64,000 nt of DNA from assembly GCF_035594765.1 (NCBI RefSeq), contig NC_085846.1:99993190-100057189 (forward strand), written 5' to 3'. Position numbers and translations under genes: made by a program. The notes beneath the pieces were generated by a model. That model was not told the DNA's origin, did no database searches, and saw only the letters and a program-made list of their open reading frames with translations. This document shows positions 1 through 13,696 of the stretch, one piece after another. Each line of letters opens with the position of its first letter. Within the stretch, counting starts at the first letter, position 1. Origin of the DNA: Anolis carolinensis (taxonomy: Eukaryota).

Positions 1-145
1 ATTTACAGGAGAGTAGATTTCAATTGAACATTAGAAGGAATTTCTTCACAATAAAAGTAATTCAGTAATGGAAAGAATTGCCTAGAGAGATGATGGGGCC
101 TCCTTCTCTGGCCATCTTCAAAAAGAGGCAAAATGCTCAGGATCC
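1..145 (+). mobile_element. Old CR1 LINE 3' fragment
   Basis: caggagagtagatttcaattgaacattagaaggaatttcttcaca parallels the CR1 ORF2 3' end of the younger copy at 61700-61850. Confidence 0.6.
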
Positions 146-616
146 TGCATTGACTCCATGATATTCATAGTGTAGCATCAACATTTAGTTTGACCTTAAA
201 AATACTGCTTACTGTGACATGTCAGCCACTACCAGCTAGTTTGCCATCCAACCCAGAAAGCAACTGTATGCTTAGAACAACAGATTTCAACCACCATATC
301 ATAGGCTATCACCCGTAGCCAAGTATGGTTGTTTTCCAAGGGTAGAATCTTGGCGGTGGGTTCATAAGTCACTGTAGAGACCTATTCTGGATCTACATAG
401 ATTTCCAGATAAAAGGCAATCCCAACAAGGGTTTGCTTGATGAACCTTCCTCTTGGCATTCAATCACTATAAGCCTTGCGCCAAAGTCCAGAACATCTGG
501 AGAAGGAAAAGTTGAACTTCATCACAACATAATGATTGTTTTGATTATTATCTTGTGGCTATTTTAATGTTGCTTCAGTTCCTTTCAGCTTCTCTCTTTT
601 TTCCTTTGTTCCAAAG

Positions 617-724
617 GGGACTGTAGGATTTGAAGCTCATATTGACAAGTGCTTGGACCTTGCAGAATACCTGTATAACAAAATAAAGAATAGAGAAGGC
701 TATGAAATGGTATTTGATGGAAAG
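617..724 (+). CDS. GAD2: Glutamate decarboxylase 2 (GAD65), third-last coding exon: [36 protein letters not shown]
   Basis: Pyrimidine tract plus ccaaag| acceptor and AAG|gtacat donor; 108 nt, phase 0/0; peptide matches GAD65 GTTGFEAHVDKCLELAEYLY...[11 protein letters not shown]. Confidence 0.95.
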
Positions 725-1460
725 GTACATCTTTACTCTAACTTTGAATGTTTGTTCTCCGGCCAATGTCTATTGATCCAGACATACTGAGAGGAAACAC
801 CACTAAATGTGGAAAATGTTATTTCCCAGTAAATATGCATAGGGTTATTTTTTTAAAGGGCTTCCATTAGTACACCAGTCTTAACTAGCCTTCGATTTTA
901 TTAATAGGGAAGTCTTCTTCAGAAAACAATTAGATAGATAACAGTTTTGCTTCCGGTTTGTTAACTATTTTTTCTGGCCACTATGCTGGAAGGAATCAGT
1001 ATATGCCATGAATAGGCAGCTGGTCCTTCAGAACTTTTGGCCTACAACCCCATCAGTGCCAGCAGCCAAATCAATTGTGAGGAGTTATGGGAGCTGTAGT
1101 CCCAAAACATCTGGAAGACTGCAATTGCCAAGACGTGATATCACCATTGGCAGAATAATTGTGCTAAATCATTAATGGATTACAAGACTGATGCAAGGAC
1201 CACACCTGGCATGCATGCCAGCAATAGTAAGACCTGTTGTTTTCAATCAGGGCTTTTACATTGCAAGTTTTCAAAGCCATGTTTCCTTCAGCTATTTCTA
1301 ATTGCAGCACTCAGAAATTCTGAACCATAATCCATGACTGAAACTCTCAGGGTCCAAATGGCTATGTTGGCTGACTCTTGTGGGAACTGAAGGCCAAAAC
1401 ACTTGGAGAACTAAAGGTAGAAACCCAGTGCTTCAAGAGAGTGGGAGTCAAGCATATCTA

Positions 1461-1880
1461 CCGTGTTTCCCCGAAAATAAGACAGAGTCTTATATATATT
1501 TTTGCTCCCAAAGATGCTCTAGGTCTTATTTTCAGGGGATGTCTTATTTTTCCATGAAGAAGAATTCACATTTATTGTTGAACAAAAAAATGAACATTTA
1601 TTATATACTGTTAGGTAGTTGTCATCACAAACCAGCATAACCAGACAAACTGTGAATCCTGTCAAGAATTTGTTGTTACTACCATTATTTCCATGTACAA
1701 CTGGTATGTACATTTACCAATCCTGCATGCTCTGGTGTTCTGTTTGGCAGGCGTTGGGCATGCTTCCAAACAAAAACTTTGCTAGGTCTTACTTTCGAGG
1801 GAGGCCTTATATTTAGCAATTCAGCAAAACTTCTACTAGGTCTTATTTTTCGAGGATGTCTTATTTTCGGGGAAACAGGG
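1461..1880. mobile_element. Non-autonomous Tc1/mariner (Tc2-like) DNA transposon
   Basis: TIRs CCGTGTTTCCCCGAAAATAAGAC / GTCTTATTTTCGGGGAAACAGGG flanked by TA on both sides. Confidence 0.8.
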
Positions 1881-2333
1881 TATGAAGAGCCCTTCATTTC
1901 TGGAGAGATCTCAAAATTTGCTGTAAACAACAGCTATGGAAGTGACCATTATATGTATGACTACTAGTTTGGGTAGCACATTGTAAAAAAAATGAGGAGG
2001 CATCTTACCCTCAAAGAAGACAAAGATAACAGAGATCTGCATAAGGAGTCATATGCTAACGTATCTATTAGCATACATCATTGAAAATTTTTTTTCATAA
2101 TTTAAAAGAGAAATAGTATAATGAGGAAGACTTAGACTATGGTACATCTACACTGTGAATTTAATGCAGTTTGGTACCGCTTTAATTGTCATGGCTCAAT
2201 GCTATGGAATCCTGGGAGATGTAGTGTGCTGGGAGTTGTCTCATAAGGAAGGGCAATATAAGGGAAGGGAAAAATCATGAATGTGTCTGTGACTGAACTA
2301 CCCTTAATATATATGCTGTCATTCTTCCATTAG

Positions 2334-2423
2334 CCTCAACACACAAACGTTTGCTTCTGGTATCTGCCTCCTAGTTTACGAAATATGGAGGATAATGAAG
2401 AAAGAATGAATCGACTTTCAAAG
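2334..2423 (+). CDS. GAD2: GAD65 penultimate coding exon: [30 protein letters not shown]
   Basis: ttccattag| acceptor, AAG|gtaaat donor, 90 nt phase 0/0; GAD65-type EDNEERM..LSK. Confidence 0.95.
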
Positions 2424-3529
2424 GTAAATACAAGAAAAAAAGAGAGGACAATGAAATTTCTGGTCATGAAGTAATGAAAATATGTGTTTTTGAGTGACCT
2501 GATTCCAACACTCATCTGATCCCTTATTATTGGATAAAAGACTCCGTTCATTTTTTACAAGGCTGCAGCACAAGCTGCTTCCACACAGCCATTTAATCCA
2601 GAGCAGACTTTGGATTTAAGAGATCCAGTTTTTTCCAGAGTGCCTATGCAGGCACCCTGGGAACTGGCTGAAAGATCAAAGAGAGTCCACACATCCACTG
2701 GTACTCTTAATCCACATTCTGCTCTGACTTGGCTCCGTCAAAGCTCAGAATGTTATTGTATTTTATCTTCCCTTATCTCCTGGCAAGCATCTTTCCAACA
2801 CTTGCTTCACAAGAAAGCAGCAAGACTTTGGGCACCCATGGGAATGCCACACTTCAGGGGATGAGGTGGGGGTGGGAAGGTTTTCTTTACTTTCTGGCTG
2901 GACTGTTCAGATGCTTTTGAATTGTTTACATTTGCCTCTGTATTTGGCATTTGGCATTTGGCTAACTGCCTGTGGCATGGTTAGACACAGGATTGATTCA
3001 GCAAATTTTCTGGCTGGGATCAGTATTTCTGATGAGTTTTCTTATCATGCTGTTTCTGGGTAGATTCACTCTGGAACTCACATGGGGGGGGGGGGAGAGA
3101 ATGTTTTCTGAACACCTCGACTTCTTGCTGACTTCAAGCCAGATTTTACTGCATGTATAAATGGGGCCATAGTTTATGAATGTTGAGGTTGGTTATTGAC
3201 TTCTACATGGTCTTCCAGAGGAATCTTGGTTAGGGGAGAGCTGGGGAAAGTTGTTGTCATTTGCTATCAAGTTGACTTTGACGTATGAATGAGAGATTTC
3301 CAACAGCCCCAGGTATCAGCTTCCCTTTTCGTACTCAAGACTGCAGTTTCTTTGATTGAATCAATTCACTTCTAGAGGGAGGGCAGGAAGCTCAGTATGA
3401 GAGTGGGTTTTATTAGATGTTATGTATGGGGAGTCCCATATGTGGTGCACAGTAGTAATTTCAAACTCTGAATTTGGAATCATAGAACCATAAAGTTGGG
3501 AGGGATCTCAAGGACCATCTTAGTCAACT

Positions 3530-5060
3530 ATTATTTATGTATTATTATTATGTTTATTTATATCCTGCTTTTTCTCTACATACGGAGATTCAAAGCAGCT
3601 TACAACTAAAAACATTTCAATACAACTTAAAATATACAAATAGTAAAATAGTATTAAACAACATTAGTATTATGACAATCCAGGCTAAAACCATAAAAGC
3701 ATATAAAATCACATCACAAAATAACAGCAGCCCTTGATGGTATTAAACACCTTCATATTTAAAAGCCTGCCTGAATTAAAAGGTTTTGGCCTGTCGTCAG
3801 AAGGATAGCAAGGAAGGGGCCATTCTGGCTTCCCTGGGCAGGGAGTTCCAGAGTTGTGGGACAGCCGCCTAGAAGGCCCGCCCTCTCATTCCCACCAACT
3901 GAGCTTGAATGGGCACAGTTGAAACACAAGTTTTAATTGTGCAGAGGCCTTCATGGCCACCTCTGACACCTTGGCCTCCAGGTTCAGTGCTGAGTCCAGG
4001 AGGACCCCCAAATTGAAAACCTGCGCCTTCAAGGGGAGTGTGACCCCAATCCAGCACAGGCTGGATCTCTATTTCCTGATCTGTCTTACGACTGACCAGG
4101 AGTATCTCTGTCTTGGCTTAATTAAGTTTCAATTTGTTTGCTCTTATCCAGTCCATTACTGATGACAGACACTGGTTTAGGATCAGGACAGTTTCCTTGG
4201 CTTTAGGTAGAAAGGAGTAGTAGAGTCAGGTGTTATCTGCATATAGGTGGCATCGAACTCCCAAACCCGAATGGCCTCTCCCAGAGGTTTCATGTATATG
4301 TTGAAATGTATATGGGGGACAAAATAGAACCCTGAGGAACACCTCAAGATAACAGCCACTGGTTTGAACAGGAGTCCCCAGGACCACCTTCTGAATACGG
4401 CCCTCCAAGAAGTACTGGAGACATTGTAAAACAGTGCCTCCCAGTCCCATCCCAGCAGAACGACCCAGAAAGATATCATGGCTAATGGTATTGATGGGTT
4501 CAGGGATGGCTTTTTAATATAGGCCTAACAACTGCCTTCTTTAGGCAAGTTGGAACTTTGCTTTGTTCCAAGAAGGCATTGGCCACCCCCTTCACTCACT
4601 CTGCCAGTCCCCTCTGCCCTGTTTGATCAATCAGGAAGGACAAGGATCTAAAATACACATGGTAGCTCTCACCTCTTCAAGGATCCTATCCACATCCTTA
4701 AGCTGCAAAAATTGAAAGGTATCTATCAACACTGGATAAGCAGGAACTGTATCAATAATCGCATCCAAGTTACAATGAATCTGAGCTACTTTAACTGCAA
4801 AATGCTGTGCCAATTCTTCACGGAGGGCTGCTGAATGGTCAGGGATTTCATCTTGAGGACCAGTATGCAATAGCCCCTTGACCACTCAAAACAGCTTAGC
4901 TAGGTGGTTTTTTGCAGATTCAATGGTGGCAGCAATGAACAATTTCTCTGCTACCCCCATTGCCACGGAGTAGACTTTCAAATACGCTCTAGCCTGTGCT
5001 CGGTCAAATTCACTTCGAGTTCTCCGCCAATGTCACTGTAGACTCTGTCTCACTTGCTTC
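3530..5060 (-). mobile_element. Decayed L2-clade LINE (RT fragments and 3' tail)
   Basis: Frameshifted RT motifs FNIYMKPLGE and GVRCHLYADNT (YADD box) and ATMCILDPCPS in minus ORFs 4183-4885; (TTTA)-like tail at ~3530. Confidence 0.8.
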
Positions 5061-5876
5061 ATCACTGCCAACTCCTTGGAAAACCAAGGGTCTGGTTTGG
5101 CTCTGCTCCGTGAGAGGAGCTATTGTGTCCACCATCCAATCTCCCTTTCAGTGCAAGAGCCACATGCTGGGAGGTGGGCATCCAAACTCTGTTTAAATGC
5201 CTTCAAAGAAAGTCCCCTATCTTCTTGAACTGCATTTACTGTCAAGAAATTCTTCCAATTTTACAATTAAAGTTACACCCATAACCTGGAGAGGGGCCAT
5301 TGGGCAATGTTTTTTTCCTTCCTTCAAAATGTAGTCAGCCAACCTTGATTAATCTGAGGGTGTTCCTGCACATTTGATTGGTGTTCTAGATTTCTACTCC
5401 AAAGTTCTCTTCTAATGGCAGCTCTGGTCACATGTGTAGTTTGATCCTGACATTAAGAACAAGTTTACACTGGCCTGTTAATCCAGATTTAGTCTGGAGT
5501 AGAAATGCTGCAGACTGGCCTTGGAGGTGATCACACATACTGTCCCAAAGCCAGAGCGATGGCAGGTCAGGGTCTATATGGTCCAGCTGGGTTGAGCCTT
5601 AACCATTCATATTACTCTTGCCATTTCCAGATAGCCACAGAGCTCCTTTACTAATGAGTGCAGGGAATAGGGGTTGGTGGAAGTGCCTTGTGTGGACAAA
5701 GTACCAGTGTTCTGCCCTGTAGCCACAGGGTTGCTCCAGAGTTTTAGCCAAATTGTAGAGCATTCCCCAATTTTCCTAACATGGGACTAAACCAGATTAA
5801 CCCAATTTACCCTGTGATACCTACCACAAGAAGCAACCATGCAATGCTCACATGATTTCATACTGTGTTTGTGAAG

Positions 5877-6050
5877 GTGGCCCCAACAATTAAAGCCCGA
5901 ATGATGGAGTGCGGTTCCACTATGGTCAGCTATCAGCCTCTGGGAGACAAGGTCAACTTCTTCCGTATGGTTATCTCCAATCCATCAGCAGCTCACCAAG
6001 ACATCGATTTTCTGATTGAAGAAATAGAGCGCCTTGGGCAAGATTTATAA
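5877..6050 (+). CDS. GAD2: GAD65 terminal coding exon [57 protein letters not shown]
   Basis: gtgaag|GTG acceptor; GAD2-diagnostic residues [18 protein letters not shown] and HQDIDF (GAD1 has KALMME, VGYQPQGDKANF, QSDIDF); TAA 6048-6050. Confidence 0.97.
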   Translation: MAPTIKARMMECGSTMVSYQPLGDKVNFFRMVISNPSAAHQDIDFLIEEIERLGQDL

Positions 6051-6689
6051 TCATGTGGTCTATCAGACTCTTCTGAAATGTCTCTAGGTAGACAATTAAG
6101 TTGTCACAAACTGTGGTGAATGTATTTGTAGTTTGTTCCAAAGTGAATCTATTTCTATATTGTGGCGTCAAAGTAGAGTGCAATTTAAAATTGAGAACAT
6201 TGCTCCTCTTTAAAAGTTTTTCCCACACCTTTGAGTTTGCAAATACCTCTTTTCTGATGACGTAACATATAAAAGACTGCATTCATGCAAATTAGAAGTC
6301 AAATACATGCTTGCAGTCTTGCCCTCTCCAAATTTTAATATGGTTAGTTCAAATAATAATTTATGCTAGTGATAGCCATACAAAACAGTGCCAAATCTGC
6401 TCCCAAACCATTGCAAAATAAAATGAGGAGTAGTGTGCAGCAAAACAAAAAAAAATGCTTTAAAACACTGATGTTTTGCCTTTTTTCTTAGTCTATTAGA
6501 ACAGAATTTCTAATTCACATGCAAACATTTCAGGTGTATTTAAATACATATAATTTTACAAAAGAAATATACAAATATAAATATATATATATATATTAAA
6601 AGATCCTATTTTGTAAAATATAGATTTTTTATTTTATATGGGTTATAATGATTGCAGGGGCAAATAATAACAGTAAAAATAATAAGAGA

Positions 6690-6695
6690 AATAAA
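6690..6695 (+). terminator. Candidate proximal polyadenylation signal of GAD2
   Basis: AATAAA at the end of an AT-rich 3'UTR segment, followed by U-rich sequence. Confidence 0.4.
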
Positions 6696-7992
6696 GTATT
6701 TTATTTTCCTTTAAAGAAGGTGCACCAGATATCTAATCATGCTTATTTTGAGACTTGACCCCATATCAGTTCTGAAAAGGAAATGTCTCTCAGATGTATG
6801 TGAGACTATCTTAAACATCTCCAGAGTTTGGTACTGCAAAACCTCAAGTGATTACTGCAGCTCTTAAACAAACAAAGACCAATTATAGCTAAATTGCAAA
6901 CTGCTGCTGTTCCTAAAAAATTTTCCCTCGTGGCCTAGCTAAGCAGACGCACAATCATAAAAGATTGGTTTACCCAAGATTAATCCTAGGGTTGTATGTG
7001 GAGTCTTGTCCAAAAAGGGTTACACTTCAGATTAAATGCAATGACCATCTTTATGGACTGCAGGTGAAAGAAAACTGAAATATCTTATTATGTAATGCAT
7101 TCTAAATTCTAAGCAGCTCAGCTCTCGAAGATAAGCAGTAAGAGATCTTTTTGTTGGGACAACAACTACCCTGAGGGTGGAAAAAGGGAGAGCTGGACTG
7201 GATTCATAAGACCAAAATTCACCAGCAAATCTGCATTAGCAGTCAACCAGAAGTCCTTTCTTGGGTGCTTCCAGATGTGGCTTTGGTCATTTATTTATTT
7301 TATTATTCAAGCTTATATGCCGCCACTCTCCTAGGGCTCGGGGCGGCTTACAAGAGCAGGCTAAAATCTAACAATCATGCAATTGACCTTCCTCATTCAT
7401 AGTGTTTTCTGGGAATACAGAAGTTGTTGTCTTCCATGTATAACCCTTCCATCTTTTCCTACTGCACCTTCTCACAATTGGCTTTCTATAAACACATACA
7501 AAATTTCTTAAGGCAGAATAATTGTGCAATGTATTCATAAGCCTCTGGAAACTCCTTGTTGAAATCCAAGGATCCAGATCTAACTCCAAAGCACAGATAC
7601 ATGATATGGTGCTAGAGTGCTTAGACTAATGTGGTGGCAGTTCACCTATCTTTGGTTGCTGAGACCACCTCTGGGAGACTTGTTGCCCTCCAGAATCTCA
7701 GAGCTTGAGAAGGTTGCTCTTTGGACTGTGACCAATATCCTGTATCAGGGTTGTGTAATGTAAATCTCCTCAAAGTTACAGGTTGATTGTGCTGCCTAAC
7801 CTTTGTGTTGAAGAGTAATGTCACTCAGCTGAATGTACAGTTGGAGGCATAACTGAATGACTAACCAGATGCAAATGTAAAAGAATACCTCTGAGAACTT
7901 CAGCAGGAGCATATTGATATATATCAATTGAGAATGTGAGTCCACATGTGCAACACTGCTTCTGTGATTGTGAATTAAATGTGGGTGTCTTA

Positions 7993-8127
7993 CAGTAGTG
8001 GTTCTCAACCTGGGCCCCCCAGATGTTGGTCTACAACTCCCAGAAATCCCAGACAGTTTACTGGCTGTTAGGATTTCTGGGAGTTGAAGGCCAAAAATAT
8101 CTGGGAACCTCAGGCTGAGAACCACTG
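7993..8127. mobile_element. Palindromic hAT-type MITE, CAGTGGTTCTCAACC family; other copies ~17324-17451, ~38368-38500, ~57126-57261
   Basis: TIR CAGTGGTTCTCAACC...GGTTGAGAACCACTG repeated at four loci. Confidence 0.75.
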
Positions 8128-8966
8128 TCTTACAGGAAATAACAAATTTCCCCCATTTTCACAAGACATGAACAGGATTCTCGCCAACATCCCCCAAAAC
8201 CTTCAAGCCAGTATGACAGCTATAGTCAGTGCATCAGCACCAGTGAGGCTGAATGGGGCTGACAGAAAAGAAGATCTGGAATGCCACAAATTCCCCATTC
8301 CTGGCCTGAGTCACTCTGTGAGCCAACACAGAAAGATGGAGAAAGAGCAACTGCTCTGTGATTTCTTAGAACACACACAGAATATTTCAGCTGACTTTTG
8401 CAGTGAGCTGCTGACATTGTCAGGGATATTTAGGTGCAGTCAACACAGTCCTTCTAAAGTAGGAGTCTTATAGTACCATTTCCTACTACATAGTTATACC
8501 ACCATGATTCCACTTTAACTACCATAGCTCCATTGTATGGAATCCTGATATTTGCAGTTTAGAGAGAGGTCTTCAGAAATTTCAGGCAGAGAGCTCTAAG
8601 GCCTCTGCAAACTACAAACCCCAGAATTCCACAGGACGTAACCATGGCAGATAAAGAGGAATCATAGCATTATAAAAGAGTGTATTATCAGCTACTGAAA
8701 CCCTCTGAAATTCAAAGACAAAGACTCTCTGCATGCATCTGAGAAAACAGACAGAGGGATAAACACAAATTCCAAAGATCTGTCTTTCTACTCCACTGTC
8801 TGATGTCATACAGACTGAAGGTGAATCTACAATGCCTGGTAAATCTGCAGACAAGTCCAGACCAGAAATTGTCGAGACTGGCCCCAGAAATGGCCACATG
8901 CACCTCACCAAATTTGCTGCGTCTGCATTTATCTCCAAATAGTACTGCCAATCTGAGACCATAGAA

Positions 8967-9048
8967 CAGGCATGTGCAAACTTGGGCCCTCCACGTGTTT
9001 GGGAGTTGAAGTCCAAAACACCTGGAGGGCCCAAGTTTGCCCATGCCA
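8967..9048. mobile_element. hAT-type MITE, CAGGCATGGGCAAACT family; other copies ~21781-21914, ~26301-26478, ~42618-42710, 48774-48967
   Basis: Shared TIR CAGGCATGGGCAAACTTGGGCCCTCC and inverted right end. Confidence 0.75.
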
Positions 9049-10718
9049 GCCATAGAGGGACCTGCCTCTATAGGTGTCCAGTGCTGCTAAGGCTTGGCTC
9101 CAGTCCTGACTTAGAAGTAATGTATAGCTGAGGATGCACTCTCCTATTACTGAGAATATTTATATCATTTCCCCTTATCCACTTCTGGAGAATTAGAGAT
9201 TGAGGTCAACAACACCTAAAGGACCACATATATCTCAACTATGACTTAAAGCAGTGGTCCCTGGATGACCAGGCAAGTGTCCAGGAAATAAAGAATTGTG
9301 CATTGATATAATGCCATTTCCTGGTACAATGGGGAAAATGGCCAGTCCTCCACATGAGATCAACTAAGGAAAAACTCACTTAGACTTTAAGGATGCAAGA
9401 CTGGTTACACTCTGGGACAACCTGCTTCAGCATGTCAATCCCCAGTTGCTGATGGACTCAAACTCCCACCATCCCTACCCAGCATGGTCAGGGATTATAT
9501 CAATTAAAGATAAAACTTTTGGAGACCACCAAGCTTCAGAAAACTGGTGGGGGAGATGGAGAGGAATTTGGTCATGCATTGCTTTTATGCCTTGGAGCTC
9601 CCTCCACTTATAAGCCTAGCTCAATTTTGGAGTTTAGCTTTAACTCAAATCAACATGGCCACCTGGGTTTGTAAAGCAATATTATTTTTCACTCTCTCCA
9701 AATACTTGAAGCAAACAAATGTAATGTAACAATTTGATGAAAACTACAAAACTTTGGATACAGGCTCATTGTAACATTGAGAAATAGGAACAAGGAGATT
9801 CTAAATTGTGTCTGTAATTGTGTTGCCTTTTAAATTATATCGATAGTATGTTTTTGTCACCTCAGACTGAGGGCTGTGCACTTTAGATTTAAAGGCTGTA
9901 CAGTGTTGCCAGTCAACATAATTGCTGTATAAGCTTGTATAATATATTACTGAGATGTCCTTATCTGTGTGGTAGCAGTATTGAATCTTGATATTGTAAG
10001 AACTGCATTCATTCTAGTTCTTCTATTATTCACCTGCTGTAGATCACATCTTCTTCTACCCCGATTCCCAAGAACAGTATTCAATTATTTACATTAAAGT
10101 GTACGTTCTGGAAAGCTTAATAGCTCTGCCAATAAGATCTAAAGCAGCTTGTTTCAAGCTGCCCTACTTGCCCGGATCCCAATGGACTACCGAATTTCCT
10201 GTACATTTGGACATTTCCCATTCACTTCAATGGATGGGCAGCTCTGTGGATATTTCTATGGATTGGGACATTTGGGCTTCACTCATTCAACACTGAGGTT
10301 CTCTCATCACTGTTCATGTGATGGTAGTACAACTTTCCTTGATGTAAATGGAAAATTGTGCGCTTGGGGTAAATGTTGCCATTAAATGGCTCATTTGCAA
10401 CTTATCCACCAAATGCTTCTGCTCCCCCGAGGGGGAGGCAGTGCAGAGACTACAGCTATGATGATTTATAGGTATGGGTTACATCTTGCATGTATTTTTT
10501 AAAACAAATAATAAAGCTGATTACAGTGTTGTAGATATTATTTATGTGTATATGTCCAAGATCTTCACCTGGTGTTTCGATGTGGCTAAACACCAGCCGG
10601 ACTTTCTTTTTTCCACGTTAACTGTCTGTTGCATCTAGGGGAAAAAAACTACCTGGCAATCTGTTCTTCTTGTATTTGATTCAAGTATTTTATCTGTGGT
10701 GGTGTCACTCAGAACCCA

Positions 10719-10724
10719 AATAAA
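10719..10724 (+). terminator. Candidate distal polyadenylation signal of GAD2 (long 3'UTR)
   Basis: AATAAA followed by GU-rich ttgtggtttccgtgtctct; preceded by ~1 kb of repeat-free, UGUA-containing, U-rich sequence. Confidence 0.45.
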
Positions 10725-13391
10725 AAAAATGTAAATTGTGGTTTCCGTGTCTCTGCAGGGTCAGTCTCCTCATTTTTGTATTACTTATCTGCAGGACCAG
10801 GAACATCTGTCATGTCATCTTTCCACAAAGGTCATGGGAACTAGGATGTTTTATTCCAGTTGTCACTGATGTCAGCATTGAGATTGATAAGGCTTGCTTT
10901 ATTAAATGTGATAAGCACAGACATAATAGTGTTCTGCAGTTACAGCCTCTCAGTGGTCCTCTGAGCCACATATAAATGTACACCAGCTTATCATTTGCCA
11001 AATTGGATCCAGGCCTTTAAATATCTGAAGCTTGTATCTGTCCTTTTAACATGAATGTAGTTTATTTCATTATGAAATATTTCGTTGAACTGATCAAGTA
11101 TGGTCCCATAGCTGAGCTTGGAAAAGTTATGTTGTATTCTGCCAGCGCATAGTTATGTTATAGTTAATTTCAGCATGCCCTTCTGTTCATTTCCTCAGCT
11201 TTGCCTTTAATCATTTGGACACTGCAAACGTCACGAGCATTGTTGCCCTTTCTGTTTTAAAGGGCTTTTTGGGTCTGCATTGTTTAGCTGTTTTGATCCT
11301 TCAGGTTGTTGTGGGCTGCAAATATAAACATAGAGGGTTTGTAAGCAGCTGTCAGTGGCTGTTACAGCTGGAATTTAAACATTCAAGCCAGTTGGGTAAT
11401 TTTTTAAAAATCCCAGGACCCAAAGTAAGCCTGTTCTAATGCTATTTTCTAAAGCGTGTGCACCCTCAGAATTAGCACTTTTCAGGATAAATGAATAGGA
11501 ATTATTACAGCTGCTTTGAACTAACCAAAGGGAAAAGGAAGGGTTTGAGAAGTATATAAATGGAGGCATTAGATGAGCAGTGGCTCAGAGAATTTGGTTT
11601 GCACTGCTCACCATCTGTTTGCTCTACTTTCTCTCAAAATTCTCCAGCTGCCAAGTACAATAAAGAGAAACGGAGACAAAACTGATATTGGCTACCATGA
11701 GAGACAGAAGGCTAATGAAGCATATGGGAATGCCTGTTGAACCTGCCTTGAATCTGCCTGTGTATAATGAGCATATTTGCACCGAGTTGTCTAGCGGGCC
11801 TGCCATTAATTCTTACTTTGCTGCTTCATTGTAACATGGAGAAGACTTTAGCTACAAAGAATATACCAATGGAACACAGCATCTGATGGATTCTTTCAAG
11901 CTAATAAGTCTTCAAGTACAACCCCAGTGGATGATTTCATGTCTAATGTCTGAGCACCAGGCCATTTTAGTGTGGAGAAGTTCATTACAAGAAGATTAAT
12001 CACAGGGTTGTTCGTTTTTTTCTGACACCAATACAAGACAATGTTCTCTGTTACCAGGCCAATTCAAGAATGGCCAGTACAAAACATATAAAGTATGCCC
12101 TACAACTAACCCAATTTGTCAGGGATAGACTTAATGAATCCTCTCGTCACTCCATTTTTTCAGTTGCTTTTAGAATGTCCTAGTCAGTCTCTTCTCCTTC
12201 ATCTGTCCCCCTTAAACCTTAGCTTACTTCCATGGCTATTTAAAAATAGTTGGCATATGCCTAACTTAGCAGTGAGAAGGGGAGGGACTCATACACTTGC
12301 ATTCCCCAGTAGTCTCAGGCAAAATCAAACTGCTGCAATCTGTACTTTGCATGTTCTTCCTTTTTGATACCATTTGCCATCTTGACCACATTCCACTATG
12401 ACTCAGACACACTGGTCCCACTTTGTGGGATGACAGAGGATTCATCAGGACTGTCCCTGCCAAACTTGGACACTTGGAGGGCATGCTTTCATAACCCTTC
12501 TCACTCCTACACTTTAAGGAATGCTGGAGGACAATAGCCCTGTTAAACTTGTAAGAATATTTTATATTTGTCCTAAAAATATAATAGTCTGGTTTTGTAA
12601 GCGTTTGGATATTTAGAAAGAGAAACCAGTCTGCTAGGAACATGTAGGCACAAATGCAAAATTTAACATATAGCATTCTACGATGGTGCAGCGTTCTGAA
12701 ATGTGAAGACAGAACTCTCTGATGTTTGATTTTTATGTGTGCAAGTCTTCTTGGGAAGCCATCATACAGCTATAGTAGGTTGTCTGCTTCTCACACATGA
12801 AGAAGAAGATGAGGGGGAAGAAGTGGGAAGTGTAGCAATCCACATATAAATCTAAAAAAGACAAGCTGGGGAAACATCAGGAGCTATTGTCATATCCATT
12901 CTACATGGTTCACGTTGCTTGCTATTCGGGGATCGACAAAATTAAAATATTTGGAAAATTGTAAAAAAAAAAAAAGGTTTCTCGAGTGCTAAGAAACTCA
13001 GATAGGAAGAATCATGAATGGAGATAATCTTGATGTCTTTTTCTACACACATTGTATGTGGTTGGTTTGGGCACGAAATATTAGAAACATTATTTTCTGT
13101 GCAGAAAAATGCTGTTTTTCAGTCATGCAAAAAAAAAACCCACACAATTTTTGCACAGAATAAGTTCTGAATTGCAAATAGTCTTCACAAAAATTTCACA
13201 GAAGAATACTGCTAAAAATACTCATTACTTCATGTGAATTGAAAATCAGAAAAATTGCTGTTGCATTGGTATTTTTATTTTCATGGGATCTTCCATGCTC
13301 CTCAATGAAGATTTAATTGAAACATGCAAAGGAAGACAATATGCAAGGACTTCAGTCAAGTAAAGCCTCTTAGCAATGGAGAATTTGAAAT

Positions 13392-13696
13392 AAGGTAAAG
13401 GTTTCCCCTGACATGAAGTCCAGTCATGTCTGACTCTGGGGGTTGGTGCTCATCTCCATTTCTAAGCCGAAGAGCCGCCGTTGTCCATAGACACCTCCAA
13501 GGTCATGTGGCTGGCATGACTGCATGGAGCGCCATTACCTTCCCGCCGGAGCAGTACCTGTTGATCTACTCACATTGGCATGTTTTCGAACTGCTAGGTT
13601 GGCAGGAGCTGGAGCTAACAGCGGGCGCTCATGCCGCTCCCAGGGACCTTTCGGTCTCAAGCTCAGTGCTTTAACGCACTTCGCCACCGGGGCTCC
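13392..13696 (-). mobile_element. Sauria SINE
   Basis: (ACCTTT)n tail and tRNA-like head on the minus strand; TSD gaatttgaaat on both sides. Confidence 0.9.

Noticed and set aside
617-6050. Calling the decarboxylase GAD1 or GADL1/CSAD
   Set aside because: Diagnostic residues ([31 protein letters not shown]) are GAD2-type.
13426-13674. Recurrent ORFs reading SDSGGWCSSPFLSRRA... as a small gene family
   Set aside because: They are antisense translations of Sauria SINE copies with TSDs.
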